A DNA stretch of 64,000 bases from a bacterium (GCA_043818275.1 JBDRFY010000050.1:5387-69386), one strand, 5' to 3'. Shown: positions 36,590 through 47,388, counted from the stretch's first letter. Notes: a model not told the origin generated them from the sequence alone. Program-made: numbers and translations.

Positions 36590-37783
36590 ATGAAAAAATT
36601 ATTATCTCTTTTGACTCTTCCTTTTTTAATAACCAGTTTTTATTTTCATGAAATTTCTTCAATGCAACAAACTAATACAAAATCTATTGCTAAACCAAAC
36701 TTACGTAAAAAACAAACTCCAGAAGAAAAAGAAAAGCCGGAACAAAAATTCACAGAAATCATTTTTGGCCAAACAGGATCATTTTCCGGTTCACTTAAAA
36801 CTTATGGCGAAATAATTAAAAATGCTATTGATGCCTGTTTTCAGGAAGCAAACAAATCAGGGGATCTGGGTGATGTAAAATTAAAATTAATAAGTTTGGA
36901 TGATAAAGGCAAAGCACAGCTCGCAGCTAAAAATATAAAAAATTTATTTGATGAAAATAAAATATATATGTTTTTGGGTTGCACCGGAACACGGGGTGTG
37001 CTAAAAGTTTTACCATTAATTAAATCAGGCAAAATAGCCATGTTTTTTCCATGGGGAGGTGACCCAGAATTAATGCAACAAGATTTAACTTATCAAATTA
37101 ACGGTTTAGGTTTAATAGAACCGCAAACAGAAAAATTAATTGATTATATTGTCAATGAACTCAAATTAACCAAGATAGGAATCTTTTGCTCTGATGGAGA
37201 TTTTTCACAAAAATCAGCAAATATTGCGATAGATCAATTAAAAAAAGTTGGAATCAAACCTGTTCAAAATGTTAATTATAATCGTTTTACAATGAATATA
37301 AAAAGACCATCCAAACAATTAATTACTTATGATCCAAAAGTCGTTTTAAGTTTAGGTACAAGTATGCCAACAGCCAAAATGATTGAATATTTTTTTAAAG
37401 CCGGAAATTTTGGGACTAATTTTTTGGGAATTGATTCAACTTTATTTGTCAGTGAAATTTTAAAAGAAAAAAACGTAAACTTTGAATACTCATCCTGCGT
37501 TCCGGACCCAAAAAACATTGAACTTCCAATCGTAAAAGAATATCAGGAAGTTCTCAAGAAATATTATCCTGAAGAAACTTTTAATATTTTATCATTAGCT
37601 TATTACATTCAGGCAAAAATAATTATTGAAGCAATCAAAAAGATATCAGGTCCCATAACAAAAGAAAAAATAATATCTGAGATCGAAAACATGATAAACT
37701 TTGATTTAGGTGGCTTTAAAATAAATTTTGATTCACAAACAAGATATGCTTTTGGAAAAGATGTAATAATTTTAAAGGGATAA
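36590..37783 (+). CDS. Periplasmic substrate-binding protein, type I (LivJ/LivK-like amino-acid-binding fold)
   Basis: Signal peptide. IIFGQTGSFSGSLKTYGEIIKNAIDACFQEANKSGDLGDVKLKLISLDDKG...MFLGCTGTRG is typical of Peripla_BP_6-type proteins. No ABC permease or ATPase gene lies nearby. Confidence 0.65.
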   Translation: MKKLLSLLTLPFLITSFYFHEISSMQQTNTKSIAKPNLRKKQTPEEKEKPEQKFTEIIFGQTGSFSGSLKTYGEIIKNAIDACFQEANKSGDLGDVKLKLISLDDKGKAQLAAKNIKNLFDENKIYMFLGCTGTRGVLKVLPLIKSGKIAMFFPWGGDPELMQQDLTYQINGLGLIEPQTEKLIDYIVNELKLTKIGIFCSDGDFSQKSANIAIDQLKKVGIKPVQNVNYNRFTMNIKRPSKQLITYDPKVVLSLGTSMPTAKMIEYFFKAGNFGTNFLGIDSTLFVSEILKEKNVNFEYSSCVPDPKNIELPIVKEYQEVLKKYYPEETFNILSLAYYIQAKIIIEAIKKISGPITKEKIISEIENMINFDLGGFKINFDSQTRYAFGKDVIILKG

Positions 37784-37785
37784 AT

Positions 37786-38865
37786 ATGAAATTTTCATTT
37801 AAATTAATGAAAACAGCAAAGTTTCAACTTACAGCTATAATTATTGCAATATTTTATGTAGTCGGTCTTCTTTTATGGCAAAATTTTTCAACCTTTTATG
37901 CGGAAGAAATATTTACTTTAAATAAAGTTGAAAAAGCAACAAAAAAACTGGCTAATAATGTTACAGTTGGATTATACATCAACAATTTTCCATCTTTTGA
38001 TTTTGATAAAAATCAGTTCATTATGGATGCTTTTTTGTCATTCAGATTTGAAGTTGGAACTGAATCAATAGACACAATTTCTAAATTTTCATTCAGAAAC
38101 ACTAATCTTCAAAATTTAGGTGTTTTATATCAATCAGAGCCGATGATAAAATTAATTGGTGATGATGTCATGATTTCATATCACATCCAGGTTGAATTCA
38201 AAGCGCCGCTTGAACAAAAATATTTTCCTATAGGAGACCACAGATTAAACATAATTTTGGAAAACAGAAGCACATCACCAAACGAATTGATATTTAATTC
38301 CAGCCTTGATGATTTTGTATTATCAAAAGATTTGTTCGTATCTATCTGGCAACCAAAACAAAAAATGGTGCAATCTGGCTATTTAATATCTAAATTAAAT
38401 GAAAAAGATCCTTCGTTAAATATTAAATATCCAGCTGTTGTTTTTACAATTGATTTTGAAAATATCAGCAATAGAAATTTATATACTTTATATTTCCCGA
38501 TGTTTGTTATTTTTCTAATCGGATTACTTTCTCTAACTATAGAAATAGCAGAAATTTCAAGATTGGCATTGGTAGCAGCATCATTACCAATTTTAGTATT
38601 ATTCAGAACGGCAATTGACGCAATATCCCCTGAAGTCGGAAAAATTACAAAAGTTGACTTTGTATATTTTTTATTAGTTTTCCTTTCATTATTAATTCTT
38701 TTATTCCAGGCATTTATAACTTTAAATCTCAAAAAAATTAAAAAATTAGATGAAGAAACACAAAAAAGAAAAATTACCAGAATGGAAAACTTGAATAATC
38801 TGTTTTTTATTATTATCATTCTACTTCTTGTTGCGGCTATAACTTATGACACTTTTGTTAGATAA
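37786..38865 (+). CDS. Prokaryotic pentameric ligand-gated ion channel (Cys-loop receptor family) homolog
   Basis: N-terminal signal anchor. Beta-rich ectodomain: VTVGLYINNFPSFDFDKNQFIMDAFLSFRF, and the loop region FKAPLEQKYFPIGDHRLNIILEN, which resembles FPFDxQ. Four C-terminal TM helices follow, with the conserved Arg after M1 (LTIEIAEISRLALVAASLPILVLF). Confidence 0.6.
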   Translation: MKFSFKLMKTAKFQLTAIIIAIFYVVGLLLWQNFSTFYAEEIFTLNKVEKATKKLANNVTVGLYINNFPSFDFDKNQFIMDAFLSFRFEVGTESIDTISKFSFRNTNLQNLGVLYQSEPMIKLIGDDVMISYHIQVEFKAPLEQKYFPIGDHRLNIILENRSTSPNELIFNSSLDDFVLSKDLFVSIWQPKQKMVQSGYLISKLNEKDPSLNIKYPAVVFTIDFENISNRNLYTLYFPMFVIFLIGLLSLTIEIAEISRLALVAASLPILVLFRTAIDAISPEVGKITKVDFVYFLLVFLSLLILLFQAFITLNLKKIKKLDEETQKRKITRMENLNNLFFIIIILLLVAAITYDTFVR

Positions 38866-38886
38866 CTAACCAAATAAAAATTATAA

Positions 38887-40155
38887 ATGCTATTTTTTAT
38901 TACATATCAGGTAATACAAATATTACTTTTACCTTTTTTTGTTATTTTTCTTTTCCTAAGAAAAATAAAACGCAAACCAGTATTTGGATCATTTAAAGAA
39001 CGTTTTGGCCTTATTCCAAAAAGCCCTACAAATAAAAAAATAATATGGATTCAGGCGGTTTCAGTCGGCGAAGTTCTTTCAATTCAGGATTTAATTAATA
39101 AAATAAAAAAAGAAATTCCAGATTCTTTTTGTTATTTAACAGTCGGAACATTATCAGGCAAAAAAATAGCACAGAATAAAAAAATTGGTGATCAAATAAG
39201 TTTTTTACCCTACGATCTTCTTCCTTTAATGTACTTAGCTTACAAACGAATAAAACCATTTAAAATAATTATTGCTGAAGCTGATATATGGCCAAACTTT
39301 TTATACCTTGCCAAATTAAAAAAAATTCCACTTTTTATAATTAATGCGCGAATGAATGACAAATCAAAAAACAAATATCATAAATTCAGATTCATCTTTA
39401 AAAATCTTTTTAATATCGCCCAAAAAATTTTCACTCAAAGTGAAAAAGATACCAATGAATTCAAAATCCTTGGTGTTAAAAAAAATAAACTTGAAACATT
39501 GGGAAATATTAAAATTCCAAATGTTCTGGAAAAACAAAAAAATACAATCTTGCCTAAAATTAATTTAAATTATCCAATACTTCTTGCGGGCTCCATTCAC
39601 ACCGGAGAAATGGATATTTACATAAATTTATTTAAAAAGCTAAAAATTACTTTTTCTAATTTAAAAATTATAATTGCCCCTCGACATTTTCATTGGCAAG
39701 AAGAATTATTGGAAAAATTAAGACTATCACAAATAAATTTTATTTCCTGGCAAGATAAATATTGCAACATAACAATCATTGAAAAATTAAATAATTTTGA
39801 TGCATTAATCGTCTTAAAACTCGGTGAACTTTTTAATCTTTATCCTTTTTGCAATATCTTTTTTTTGGGTGGAACATTTGTTCCTATTGGTGGGCATAAT
39901 TTACTTGAGCCTGCCGCATGGAGTAAACTTTCAATAATTGGGCCTTATGATTCTAATTGCAGGGTAATCGCTGATGAGCTTGAAAAAAACAATGGTTTAA
40001 TAAGAGTTAAAAATGAAAATGAATTATTTATTCAAACTAAAAATTTATTAGAAAATAAAAAATATATTTATATGGGAAAAAATGCGCATGATTGGTTGGA
40101 AAAAGAAGCAAAAATTGTAAATGCAAAATTAAATAATTTCATTGAAGAATTGTAA
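38887..40155 (+). CDS. waaA: 3-deoxy-D-manno-octulosonic acid (Kdo) transferase
   Basis: IWIQAVSVGEV is the WaaA signature. Also ADIWPNF and GGTFVPIGGHNLLEPA. Confidence 0.85.
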   Translation: MLFFITYQVIQILLLPFFVIFLFLRKIKRKPVFGSFKERFGLIPKSPTNKKIIWIQAVSVGEVLSIQDLINKIKKEIPDSFCYLTVGTLSGKKIAQNKKIGDQISFLPYDLLPLMYLAYKRIKPFKIIIAEADIWPNFLYLAKLKKIPLFIINARMNDKSKNKYHKFRFIFKNLFNIAQKIFTQSEKDTNEFKILGVKKNKLETLGNIKIPNVLEKQKNTILPKINLNYPILLAGSIHTGEMDIYINLFKKLKITFSNLKIIIAPRHFHWQEELLEKLRLSQINFISWQDKYCNITIIEKLNNFDALIVLKLGELFNLYPFCNIFFLGGTFVPIGGHNLLEPAAWSKLSIIGPYDSNCRVIADELEKNNGLIRVKNENELFIQTKNLLENKKYIYMGKNAHDWLEKEAKIVNAKLNNFIEEL

Positions 40156-40161
40156 AAATAA

Positions 40162-40183
40162 ATCCCGGTGTTTAATCCGGGAT
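40162..40183. terminator. Shared hairpin terminator between the convergent waaA and lon genes
   Basis: atcccgg tgtttaat ccgggat, with A/T runs on both sides. Confidence 0.55.
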
Positions 40184-40189
40184 ATATTT

Positions 40190-42550
40190 TTATTTAGACT
40201 TCCGTTTAGGTTTTCGCTTTAAAGCGTGTTCAATAACCTGATCCATGGAATCAACATAAGTAATTTCGAGTTTGGAATTTAACTCTTTTTCAAATTCTTT
40301 TATATCTTTTTCATTTTCTTTTGGAACCAAAACCTTAGTCACGCCAAACCTGGATGCTGCCAGTAATTTTTCTTTTAATCCACCAACACCCAAAACTCGT
40401 CCTCTTAAGGTAACCTCACCTGTCATAGCCAACTTACTTTTAACAGGAATTTTGGTTAATGCTGAAGCTAAAGCTATTCCCATTGTAATGCCAGCTGATG
40501 GACCATCCTTTGGAATTGCTCCTTCCGGAACATGAACATGAACATCAAGATCAGAATAAAAATCAGGTTTTAATCCAAAATCTTTTGCCCGGGAACGGAT
40601 ATAACTCATTGCAGCCTGAGCAGATTCCTGCATAACCTCACCTAGCTGTCCTGTCAAAGTTAAAGCTCCTTTACCCTTGAGCACACTAACTTCAACTTCC
40701 AAAATATCGCCTCCCATTTCTGTCCAGGCAAGACCAACAGCAAGGCCCGGTTTCGTATCTTTTTTCTTTTCCGGTTTTCTGAACCTTGGAACACCTAACC
40801 ATTTTTCAAGTTTCTCTTCATCAATTGAAACTTTTTTAATTTTATTGTCTTTCAAAATTGATTGTATGCTTTTACGTAAAAGTTTGGCCAAAACTCGTTC
40901 TAACTGTCGTACACCAGCCTCTTTTGTGTATTCATCAACCAAAAGTCTTAATGCTTCTTTTTTTATATAAATTTGTGATGCCTTTAAACAATATTCATTT
41001 AATAATTTTGGCAACAAAAAGTTTTGTGCTATCTCCATTTTTTCCGCTTCTGTATATCCGGAAAGTTCAATAATTTCCATTCTGTCCAACAAAGGATAAG
41101 GAATGCTATCAATAATATTAGCAGTCGTTATAAACATAACCCTGGATAAATCATAATCAACTTCAACAAAATAATCCGCAAACGCTTTGTTTTGTTCCGG
41201 ATCCAAAACTTCAAGCAAGGCTGCAGCAGGATCTCCTCTAAAATCCATGGACATTTTATCAATCTCATCCAAAACGATTAATGGATTTATAACCTGAGCC
41301 TTTTTCATAGCCTGAATAATTTTTCCTGGCATTGCGCCAATGTATGTTTTTCTGTGACCCCTAATCTCTGCTTCATCTCGCATCCCACCTAGTGAAATAC
41401 GAATTAATTTTCTGCCCAAAGAATCTGCAATAGACATAGCAAGAGAGGTTTTTCCAACGCCCGGAGGGCCAACTAAACACAAAATTGGAGCTTTTTTTAA
41501 ATTCTTACCCGCAAATTTTTTAGCTGCCAAAAATTCAAAAATTCGCTCTTTTACTTTTTGCATTCCGGCATGGGAAGAATTAAGAATTTTTTCAGCCTCA
41601 GTTAAACTGATATCATCCCTTGTTTCTTTGTACCAGGGAATAGAAAATAACCAGTCGATATAATGCCTGCTAACAGTAGCTTCAGGAGAAGTCGGTTGCA
41701 TTTGTTCCAAACGTTTTAATTCTGCTTCAGCTTTATTGCCAGCCTCGGGAGAAAGCTTTAATTCTTTCATTTTATTTAAAAGATCAGCGACTTCTTTTTG
41801 ATAATCTTCCCGGCCCAATTCTCTGTGAATAGCGCGAATCTGTTCATTTAAATAATAATCTTTTTGATTTTTTTCTACCTGTTTTTGAACCTGTTGCTTA
41901 ATTTTTCGCTCAGTTTTTAAAACCTCAATTTCATTACTAAGAATAACACTGAGTCTTGTTACACGTTGCCTAAGATCCACAATTTCAAGAAAGGCTTGTC
42001 TTTCTTTAAAACTTAAGGGCAATTGAACAGCTATAGCGTCAGTTAAATAATCAAGATCATCAGTCCCCTTAATAGCTCCTAAAACATCCGGTGATATTTT
42101 TTCATTTAAAGCTATATATTCTTTAAACAAATCAAATAAACTTCTCCATAAAGCCTTAGCCTCTATTTCCCTTTCAATTTTTTCTGGAATTAAATCCTCA
42201 ACCTCAGCTTCAATAAAACCATTTGTTGAATTAACCCGCTTAATATGACAACGGGCAATGCCTTCAATAAGAATTTTTAAAGTTCCATTTGGCAAACGGG
42301 CAACTTGTAAAATAAATGCTCTGGTTCCATAGTGAAAAATATCATCTGAAGCAGGATTTTCTATATTTATTGATCTTTGCGCGGTAACAAAGATTTCTTT
42401 ATTTTTTTGCATAGCAGCTTCAACGGCCTTTATAGATACATCCCTGCCAACTACAACCGGAATTATACTTTTAGGCAAAGCAACCAAATTTTTAAGTGGC
42501 AAAACAGGTAATATTTTAGGATTTAAAATTCTAAATGACTGTTGTTCCAT
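40190..42550 (-). CDS. lon: ATP-dependent Lon protease
   Basis: LON N-domain. Walker [10 protein letters not shown]. Protease catalytic site DGPSAGITM. Length is 786 aa. Confidence 0.95.
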   Translation of the reverse strand: MEQQSFRILNPKILPVLPLKNLVALPKSIIPVVVGRDVSIKAVEAAMQKNKEIFVTAQRSINIENPASDDIFHYGTRAFILQVARLPNGTLKILIEGIARCHIKRVNSTNGFIEAEVEDLIPEKIEREIEAKALWRSLFDLFKEYIALNEKISPDVLGAIKGTDDLDYLTDAIAVQLPLSFKERQAFLEIVDLRQRVTRLSVILSNEIEVLKTERKIKQQVQKQVEKNQKDYYLNEQIRAIHRELGREDYQKEVADLLNKMKELKLSPEAGNKAEAELKRLEQMQPTSPEATVSRHYIDWLFSIPWYKETRDDISLTEAEKILNSSHAGMQKVKERIFEFLAAKKFAGKNLKKAPILCLVGPPGVGKTSLAMSIADSLGRKLIRISLGGMRDEAEIRGHRKTYIGAMPGKIIQAMKKAQVINPLIVLDEIDKMSMDFRGDPAAALLEVLDPEQNKAFADYFVEVDYDLSRVMFITTANIIDSIPYPLLDRMEIIELSGYTEAEKMEIAQNFLLPKLLNEYCLKASQIYIKKEALRLLVDEYTKEAGVRQLERVLAKLLRKSIQSILKDNKIKKVSIDEEKLEKWLGVPRFRKPEKKKDTKPGLAVGLAWTEMGGDILEVEVSVLKGKGALTLTGQLGEVMQESAQAAMSYIRSRAKDFGLKPDFYSDLDVHVHVPEGAIPKDGPSAGITMGIALASALTKIPVKSKLAMTGEVTLRGRVLGVGGLKEKLLAASRFGVTKVLVPKENEKDIKEFEKELNSKLEITYVDSMDQVIEHALKRKPKRKSK

Positions 42551-42820
42551 GAATAATTAGCTTTCTAATTTTTTAAAATATTATATTTAATAATCTTAAT
42601 AATTAATTTTTTACAATACGAAATCTAAAAGCTTCAAGCGCCCAAATAGGTTACAAGAAGAAATGACCCCACCAAATTTTTTAGTCCAATACTATAAAGT
42701 TTAATGATAAAAAAAAAGACAAATAAAGCAAGAAAAACAATCAAATAAACAAGTTATGAAAAATTACGGCACAAACTTTAAAAAAACCTTAGAAATCCAA
42801 TATTTAAGATAGTTTTTAAA

Positions 42821-42848
42821 TTGACATTTTAATATGCAACCTTATAAT
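42821..42848 (+). promoter_or_regulatory. Consensus-like sigma70 promoter upstream of the transporter pair
   Basis: TTGACA (42821..42826), 16-nt spacer, TATAAT (42843..42848). It would give a leader of about 170 nt before the ATG at 43021. Confidence 0.5.
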
Positions 42849-43020
42849 TCAAGTTATATAACAACGAGTTCGAATCTTTATTTATTTCCAGAATAGGGAC
42901 ATCTAAAAATAAAGTCTAATGTTTGAAACTTTAAGCTTAAAAGCAATAAATAACCTATTTAATAGATAAAGACATACAAAATTGGGGTAAAAATTAATTA
43001 CTCATTTTTGGGGAGTTTTC

Positions 43021-44475
43021 ATGCAAGTTAATGATGAGGTTGACAACAAGGATGAAGAAAAAAAATCTCTTTCGAATTTATTGTGGGGAATACAAAAAGA
43101 GTTTCGATTAAAAGTATTTTTTCAGGCTGCAACATTTCTTCTAATGTCTTCTTGCTTGGCTATCTGGAGACCTTTAAAAATTTCTGTTTTTTCAAAAATA
43201 GTTGGCTCAAGTTACATTCCGGAAGCAAAACTTTACAGCCTGTTTTTTTTGATTCCTCTAATCATTTTTTATTCAAAACTTGTTGATATTCTCAGAAGAC
43301 ATCAACTTTTATACTGTTTCAATCTGTTTCATGGCGCGGGTGGAATTATCCTTTATTATTTTTTATCCCATCCTGTTTATGGAATAGCAAATACGGATAC
43401 CAGCCCTTATAGATTAACCGGCTGGTTTTTTTATTTTTTCATGGAAAGTTTTAATGCTTTTTTGTCAACAGTTTTTTGGTCTTTTGCTGATTCAATAAAT
43501 AAACCTAAAGATGCTCAAAATTACTATGGACTAATTGTTTCTGGATCTAAGATTGGTGGAATTTTATCCGCGGGTAGCCTATATGTTGCAATAAGTTTTT
43601 TCACTTCTACAAGCAATTCAGTTCTACTATCAAATTCTCTTCTTATTGGAAGCCTAATGTTATTTGCTGCCGCGGGATCAATATATTTTTTAATAAAAAT
43701 GGTTCCCGGATATTACATGCATGGATACGAAAAGGTTTATCAATTAGAAAAACAAAGAGAACCAGAAAAGAGCGTGCTTCAAAAAACTTCTGGCAATTGG
43801 ATAACAGGTTTTATTCAAAGTATAAAAAAAGCCTTTGAGGGATTAATAATTATTTTAAAAAATCCATACGTCCTGGGAATTTTTTCAATAATAATAATCT
43901 ATGAAATTATGATTGTTATTATTGATTACAGAGTCGCAATTACTGCAGATATAGCATTTCCATCAGTTGGAAAAATGACTCAATATTACGCTTTATATTA
44001 TTTACTCATGAATTCAGTTGGTCTTGTTATTTCATTTTTTGGCACAACCGCAATATTAAAATTACTTGGAATTAGAATTTCTCTTTTTATATTTCCTTTA
44101 GCGAGTGCGGCTATAATTTTAATAACATTTTTTTATCCGACAGCAACAATTTTCTTCATAGCGCTAGTCACCTTAAGAGCTCTTAATTATGCATTAAACC
44201 ATCCAATAAGAGAAATTTTGTATATTCCCACAATTAAAGATATAAAATTTAAAGCAAAAGCATGGACGGATGCTTTTGGTTCAAGAATAGCAAAAGGCGG
44301 AGGATCATTTTTTAATATTGGAATGAAAAAAGCAACTCCGGCATTTGCATTATTTTTTAGTACAGCACTAACAATGGGATTAATTTCTATTTGGTTTGTA
44401 ATTGTTTATTTCTTGGGAAAAACACTCAAGGATGCTCTTGATAATCAAAAAATCATTGGTAATAAAACAGATTAA
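43021..44475 (+). CDS. ATP/ADP translocase-family nucleotide transporter (TLC/Npt), copy 1
   Basis: GGGGAG RBS. About 12 TM helices. WRPLKISVFSKIVG, FWSFADSINKPKDAQNYYGL, LRALNYALNHPIREILYIPTIKDIKFKAKAWTDAFGSR are colinear with TLC-family motifs. Confidence 0.75.
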   Translation: MQVNDEVDNKDEEKKSLSNLLWGIQKEFRLKVFFQAATFLLMSSCLAIWRPLKISVFSKIVGSSYIPEAKLYSLFFLIPLIIFYSKLVDILRRHQLLYCFNLFHGAGGIILYYFLSHPVYGIANTDTSPYRLTGWFFYFFMESFNAFLSTVFWSFADSINKPKDAQNYYGLIVSGSKIGGILSAGSLYVAISFFTSTSNSVLLSNSLLIGSLMLFAAAGSIYFLIKMVPGYYMHGYEKVYQLEKQREPEKSVLQKTSGNWITGFIQSIKKAFEGLIIILKNPYVLGIFSIIIIYEIMIVIIDYRVAITADIAFPSVGKMTQYYALYYLLMNSVGLVISFFGTTAILKLLGIRISLFIFPLASAAIILITFFYPTATIFFIALVTLRALNYALNHPIREILYIPTIKDIKFKAKAWTDAFGSRIAKGGGSFFNIGMKKATPAFALFFSTALTMGLISIWFVIVYFLGKTLKDALDNQKIIGNKTD

Positions 44476-44507
44476 AAATTAAAAGATATTAGGGAGTAAG
44501 AAGGATT

Positions 44508-45971
44508 ATGAGCGCAGTTATTACAGAAGAAAACAACTTAAATCGCGACAAATATCATGAAATACTAAAGGTCTCTCTTCTCTCCGCAATATTTTTTTGC
44601 ATAATAGGCTCTTACTCAATTCTTCGCCCCTTGAAAACATCAATTTTTTTTAGTATTGTTGGCAAAGAATATCAGCCATTAACAAAATTCATATCTATCT
44701 TCGCACTTATTCCCGCGCTATTACTTTATGCCAAATTAATAGATAAACTTAAACGGTATCAGGTTGTTTACCTTTTCTTTTTTTTATATGCAGGTTTATC
44801 AGTTTTATTTGCGTATCTTCTAACAAATTCAACAATTGGCTTGCCAAACACAAATACTAGCGTAAATAGAATATTCGGTTGGATATTTTATTTATTTGTT
44901 GATTTGTTTTCACCATTAATAGTTAGTACTTTTTGGGCGTTTGTAAATTCAATTTACATACCAAACAAAGCACAAAAGAATTATGGAATAATTGTTGCGG
45001 TATCGAGAGTTGGTGGAATATTAACAACCGGTTTTAGCTGGTTATTAATAAATCAAACTAGTTTAGCCTCATTTAATACAATACCAATACTAACAGCAAT
45101 TCCGGCAATTTTATTAATAGCAGCCGGATTTCTTTTAAAGGGTATGAAAAAAATTCCGAAAGAACATCTAATTGGATACGAAGAACAACATTCTAAAGAA
45201 CAAAATCTTTCCAAAAAAGAAAAAACGGGGATTTTGGAAGGATTACAACTTATGTTTAAACAACCATATGTTTTTGGTATTTTTGGATTAGTTTATTCTT
45301 TTGAAATAATATCTGTAATTTTTGATTATCAGATGCAGGTATTAATATCTATCGCAAATAACAATGAACTCGGAGGTATGACATCATATATGCTTCTTTA
45401 TACCGGAAGCTTTCAAGTCTTGGCTCTTATTTTTGCCATTTTTGGAACATCCAGACTTTTAAAATCTATTGGAACAAAAAAAAGCCTTCTTCTTCCTCCA
45501 ATTGCAACTATAATTTTAATTTTAAGTCTTTTATTTCATCCAGGTTTAATAACTATTTTTATTGTGATGGTGGTACTCAGAGCTTTACATTACGGATTTA
45601 ATACACCTGTTCGTGAAATTTTATACATACCAACAACAAAAGATATAAAATTTAAATCCAAATCCTGGATAGATTCATTTGGAAGAACTCTATCAAAAAC
45701 ATCCGGTTCCACTTTCAATTGGTTTGCACAAAGCCCTAATTATCTTTCAATAATTAGATTAGATTCTTTGTTTTGCCTGGGAATTGTTGGTGTTTGGGGT
45801 GTTATTTCATTTCTAGTTGGCAAAAAATATGAAATAACAGTTGATTCTGGTGAAATTATAGGTCAAAGACGGGAATTAAAGCCAGCACAAAAAGCAGAAG
45901 AACCTACAATTCAAAAAAATCAAATCGAAACGGATATAGCAAAACCTTCTTATACAGCCAAAACCAAATAA
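44508..45971 (+). CDS. ATP/ADP translocase-family nucleotide transporter (TLC/Npt), copy 2
   Basis: Paralog of the upstream gene. ILRPLKTSIFFSIVG, FWAFVNSIYIPNKAQKNYGI, LRALHYGFNTPVREILYIPTTKDIKFKSKSWIDSFGR. Confidence 0.75.
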   Translation: MSAVITEENNLNRDKYHEILKVSLLSAIFFCIIGSYSILRPLKTSIFFSIVGKEYQPLTKFISIFALIPALLLYAKLIDKLKRYQVVYLFFFLYAGLSVLFAYLLTNSTIGLPNTNTSVNRIFGWIFYLFVDLFSPLIVSTFWAFVNSIYIPNKAQKNYGIIVAVSRVGGILTTGFSWLLINQTSLASFNTIPILTAIPAILLIAAGFLLKGMKKIPKEHLIGYEEQHSKEQNLSKKEKTGILEGLQLMFKQPYVFGIFGLVYSFEIISVIFDYQMQVLISIANNNELGGMTSYMLLYTGSFQVLALIFAIFGTSRLLKSIGTKKSLLLPPIATIILILSLLFHPGLITIFIVMVVLRALHYGFNTPVREILYIPTTKDIKFKSKSWIDSFGRTLSKTSGSTFNWFAQSPNYLSIIRLDSLFCLGIVGVWGVISFLVGKKYEITVDSGEIIGQRRELKPAQKAEEPTIQKNQIETDIAKPSYTAKTK

Positions 45972-46146
45972 AAATAATCGGTTGCGATTTATGTTCTTTT
46001 TGATAAAATTACACTTTCTCCTTAGTTTTATTGTTTTTTATGTAAATTGAACTTACTTACTATCAAATATGGGTGGTCTAACTTTTTTAGTTTTTTAAAC
46101 CTAAAAAGTACCTCAGTAAGTAACAGGTATAACCCGAAAGGTTAAA

Positions 46147-47085
46147 ATGGTTGATTTAAAAGAAATGCTAAAAGCGGGTGTTCACTTTGGTCACAAAACA
46201 TCCCGCTGGTCTCCTGCAATGAATCCTTATATTTGGGGTTCGAAAAATAAAATTCATTTAATTGACGTTTCAAAAACAGCTTTTCTGCTTGAACGCACAG
46301 GAAAATATCTTCAGGAACTTGCAAAAAACGGTGGTTCTTTTCTTTGGATCGGAACAAAAAAACCGGCTCAGGAAATAATTAAAAAAACTGCAATAAATCT
46401 TAAAATGCCTTTTGTTGTTCACAGATGGATTGGTGGAACATTAAGTAATTTTGATCAAATTAAAAAAGCAATCACAAAGCTTTTATATTTAAAAGAAGCT
46501 GTAAATAAATCAACAAGACATTACAAGAAAAAAGAAATAAGCATGATACAAAAAGAAGTAGCCCGACTTGAAAAAAATATTGGTGGAATTCTAGATCTTA
46601 CATATCCACCAGCAGCAGTAATTGTTGTTGACGCAAAAAAAGAACATTCCGCGATAAGAGAAGCAACCAGTTTAAAAATTCCAACTGTTGCTTTAGTTGA
46701 CACAAATACAGATCCAGATGGCATCAATTTTGTAATTCCTGCCAATGACGATTCTCCAAGATCAATTAATTTTGTTATTGAATATCTTGCAGCTCAGATT
46801 GCTGAAGGCAAAAAAGAATACGATTCAAAAAAGAAAGAAGCTAAAGCAATAACTCAAAAAACAAAAACTGAATCAAACAGTCAAAAACAAGTAGATAAAG
46901 AATCTGACGATAAAGTTTCTGCTAAAAAAGTAATTAGTAAATCAACAACAGTTAAAGAAATTAAAGCTAAAAAACCCGAACCAAAAGTAACAGCAAAACC
47001 AACACATGAAGAAAAAAAAGATAGCGTTAAAAATACAAAAGAAGTCACAAAAACTGAAGACAAAAAAGTTTCTACCAAAAAATAA
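46147..47085 (+). CDS. rpsB: 30S ribosomal protein S2 with a Lys-rich C-terminal extension
   Basis: GVHFGHKTSRWSP, FLWIGTKK, ALVDTNTDPDGINFVIPANDDS. The last 80 or so residues are K/E/T-rich low complexity. Confidence 0.95.
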   Translation: MVDLKEMLKAGVHFGHKTSRWSPAMNPYIWGSKNKIHLIDVSKTAFLLERTGKYLQELAKNGGSFLWIGTKKPAQEIIKKTAINLKMPFVVHRWIGGTLSNFDQIKKAITKLLYLKEAVNKSTRHYKKKEISMIQKEVARLEKNIGGILDLTYPPAAVIVVDAKKEHSAIREATSLKIPTVALVDTNTDPDGINFVIPANDDSPRSINFVIEYLAAQIAEGKKEYDSKKKEAKAITQKTKTESNSQKQVDKESDDKVSAKKVISKSTTVKEIKAKKPEPKVTAKPTHEEKKDSVKNTKEVTKTEDKKVSTKK

Positions 47086-47141
47086 TTTGGGGCGCGCCCT
47101 TCGAAGCAAACCTTTCGTTTAAACTTCGCAGTGCGAAGTAG

Positions 47142-47233
47142 GGAGAGATGGCTGAGTGGTCGAAAGCGCACGATTGGAAATCGTGTATGTCACGAAAGTG
47201 GCATCGAGGGTTCGAATCCCTCTCTCTCCGCCA
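47142..47233 (+). tRNA. tRNA-Ser (GGA), encoded CCA
   Basis: ggagaga/tctctcc acceptor stem, ttggaaa anticodon loop, long variable arm tatgtcacgaaagtggcatc, gagggttcgaatccctc T arm. Confidence 0.9.
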
Positions 47234-47367
47234 GTCTTCGCTCTGACGAGCTTCGCCTGGCGCGGCCAGTTTTTTAAATGAATTGATATTATTAGAAAAA
47301 GTTAGCGAAGACTGTCCGGCGAAGTAAAACTAACATTTTAAATTTCGTAGTACGAAGACGGACGGCT
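47234..47367. repeat. tRNA 3' trailer module plus family C CGAAG-rich repeats
   Basis: gtcttcgctctgacgagcttcgcctggcgcggccagtttttt, then agcgaagactgtccggcgaagt (compare agcgaaagctgtccgccgaagc at 62389) and gtacgaagacggacggc. Confidence 0.65.
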
Positions 47368-47388
47368 TGAAATAATTGTTTTAAAGTT

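Noticed and set aside
38379-38819. 146-aa minus-strand ORF
   Set aside because: It is antisense to the TM region of the channel homolog. The AT-rich, Ile/Phe/Lys-biased translation is typical of a spurious ORF.
46142-47171. Minus-strand ORFs 46142..46357, 46521..46745 and 46881..47171
   Set aside because: They are antisense to rpsB, and the last also crosses the start of the tRNA-Ser gene. No RBS or motif supports them.
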